Shown: piece by piece, positions 5,025-5,694 of the stretch
Position numbering within the stretch: position 1 is the first letter of the stretch
Layout of the letters: each line of letters starts with the position of its first letter
Virus record (IMG/VR): IMGVR_UViG_2698536559_000015
Strand: one strand, 5' to 3'
DNA length: 5,694 nt
From: a virus
Taxonomy: Duplodnaviria; Heunggongvirae; Uroviricota; Caudoviricetes
Program-made: the position numbers and the translations under genes
The notes under the pieces: generated by a model
Database searches by the model: none
Told to the model about the DNA's origin: nothing
The model's input: only the letters and a program-made list of their open reading frames with translations

Positions 5025-5195
5025 ATGTCGATTAAACATTACGATGTTGTCAGGGCGGCGTCGCCGTCAGACCTTGCGGAAAAGCTGACACACAAACTGA
5101 AAGAGGCCTGGCAGCCGTTTGGTAGTCCGGTGGACATAACTCCTTATACCCTGATGCAGGCGATTGCAGCAGAAGGTTATGTGGTGGTCAAGTAA
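5025..5195 (+). CDS. Small (56 aa) phage-associated hypothetical protein, possibly DUF1737-like
   Basis: ATG 5025 preceded by SD GGGAGA at 7-nt spacing. Translation MSIKHYDVVRAASPSDLAEKLTHKLKEAWQPFGSPVDITPYTLMQAIAAEGYVVVK, stop TAA 5193-5195. The family guess comes from memory of small prophage proteins and is weak. Confidence 0.55.
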   Translation: MSIKHYDVVRAASPSDLAEKLTHKLKEAWQPFGSPVDITPYTLMQAIAAEGYVVVK

Positions 5196-5371
5196 TACTG
5201 GCCACCGTTACCCAGAAACTGAATGGAGTTGCAGGTTCGGCACTCCAGGTCATAAAAGACAGTCTGACACTGAGCCTGAATGCGCTGACGCTGACGGATG
5301 TTACAAAAAGTGCAGCGTATGGCGTTGAGATAGAAAGTCTGGTGCTGGAGATGAATGCACCGGCAGCATAA
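5126..5371 (+). other. Coding-like open frame with no canonical start codon, overlapping and extending past the 56-aa ORF; possible frameshifted gene remnant
   Basis: Frame 2 is open from the TAG at 5123-5125 to TAA 5369-5371 and reads ...ILATVTQKLNGVAGSALQVIKDSLTLSLNALTLTDVTKSAAYGVEIESLVLEMNAPAA. It has protein-like composition but no ATG, GTG or TTG until near its end. Confidence 0.3.
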
Positions 5372-5379
5372 TAAAAAAG

Positions 5380-5409
5380 AGCCAGCGCCCACTCTGAAGG
5401 ACGCTGGCT
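5380..5409 (-). terminator. GC-rich stem-loop flanked by A-tracts on the + strand (a hairpin plus T-tract on the - strand); copy 1 of a tandem unit
   Basis: AGCCAGCG (5380-5387) pairs with CGCTGGCT (5402-5409), loop about 14 nt. Preceded by AAAAAAG and followed by AAAAGG on the + strand, so it reads as an intrinsic terminator only for - strand transcripts. Confidence 0.35.
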
Positions 5410-5524
5410 AAAAGGCCTTATATGTTTGTAGAGACTTATTTTTCACAGACAGCAATGATGTCTGTCAATATATTATCAATATGCGGATTGTTTCAGTTAC
5501 AGATGCTTTATTAAAGAAAAAAAC

Positions 5525-5559
5525 AGCCAGCACTGACTTTCGGTGGAGAGGTGCTGGCT
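5525..5559 (-). terminator. Second copy of the GC-rich stem-loop flanked by A-tracts (tandem unit copy 2)
   Basis: AGCCAGCAC (5525-5533) pairs with GTGCTGGCT (5551-5559), loop about 17 nt. Preceded by GAAAAAAAC and followed by CAAAAGG, the same arrangement as copy 1. Confidence 0.35.
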
Positions 5560-5676
5560 CAAAAGGATAGATGGACTTCACATGTTGCTTCTATATGGCG
5601 GTACATTTTCTGACAGACAGTGACGGATGTTGTCAAGATATTGTGTCATTTATAACCTGAATCAGGGGAGGCCGGA

Positions 5677-5694
5677 ATGTTATCTGGCATTTTT
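5677..5694 (+). CDS. Possible 5' end of a downstream gene (MLSGIF...), truncated by the window edge
   Basis: ATG 5677 preceded by a strong SD AGGGGAGG at about 6-nt spacing. Only 6 codons are visible, so identity is unknown. Confidence 0.3.

Noticed and set aside
5177-5392. Minus-strand 71-aa Cys-rich ORF
   Set aside because: Antisense to the plus-strand coding-like frames; the Cys/Arg/Gln-rich translation looks like a shadow ORF.
1-5694. CRISPR arrays, IS elements, integrase or transposase genes, attachment-site repeats flanking the AT-rich cassette
   Set aside because: No regularly spaced direct repeats, no terminal inverted repeats, and no recombinase-like ORFs were seen. The cassette boundaries show no obvious target-site duplication by eye.

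Overview
This window looks like the late-regulatory (nin/Q) region of a lambdoid prophage in an enterobacterial, E. coli-like genome; all identifications were made by eye from the sequence and from recalled protein families, with no searches run. On the + strand it carries a DUF968-type gene (14..1069), a rusA-like resolvase gene interrupted by an in-frame TGA (1070..1447) and an intact Q-type late antiterminator (1434..1805). Directly downstream, and convergent with Q, lies an AT-rich three-gene operon on the - strand (1841..3389): a 293-aa soluble protein with no motif I can recognise, then two small membrane proteins, tightly spaced and ending at a terminator shared with Q. I consider this operon the most interesting element and a candidate undescribed Rex-like phage-exclusion or abortive-infection module; that is a hypothesis, not a demonstrated function. 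Downstream on the + strand are a stable-RNA-type promoter, three tRNA or tRNA-like genes (anticodon CAT; an atypical one; Arg-TCT) and a terminator. These are followed by a TerB-like gene carrying a frameshift and a nonsense codon, a small hydrophobic ORF, a roughly 240-nt terminated noncoding unit, a 56-aa phage-type ORF followed by a coding-like frame with no start codon, and two tandem hairpin-containing repeat units before a possible gene start at the window edge. No CRISPR array, integrase, transposase or stx-like toxin gene was seen.
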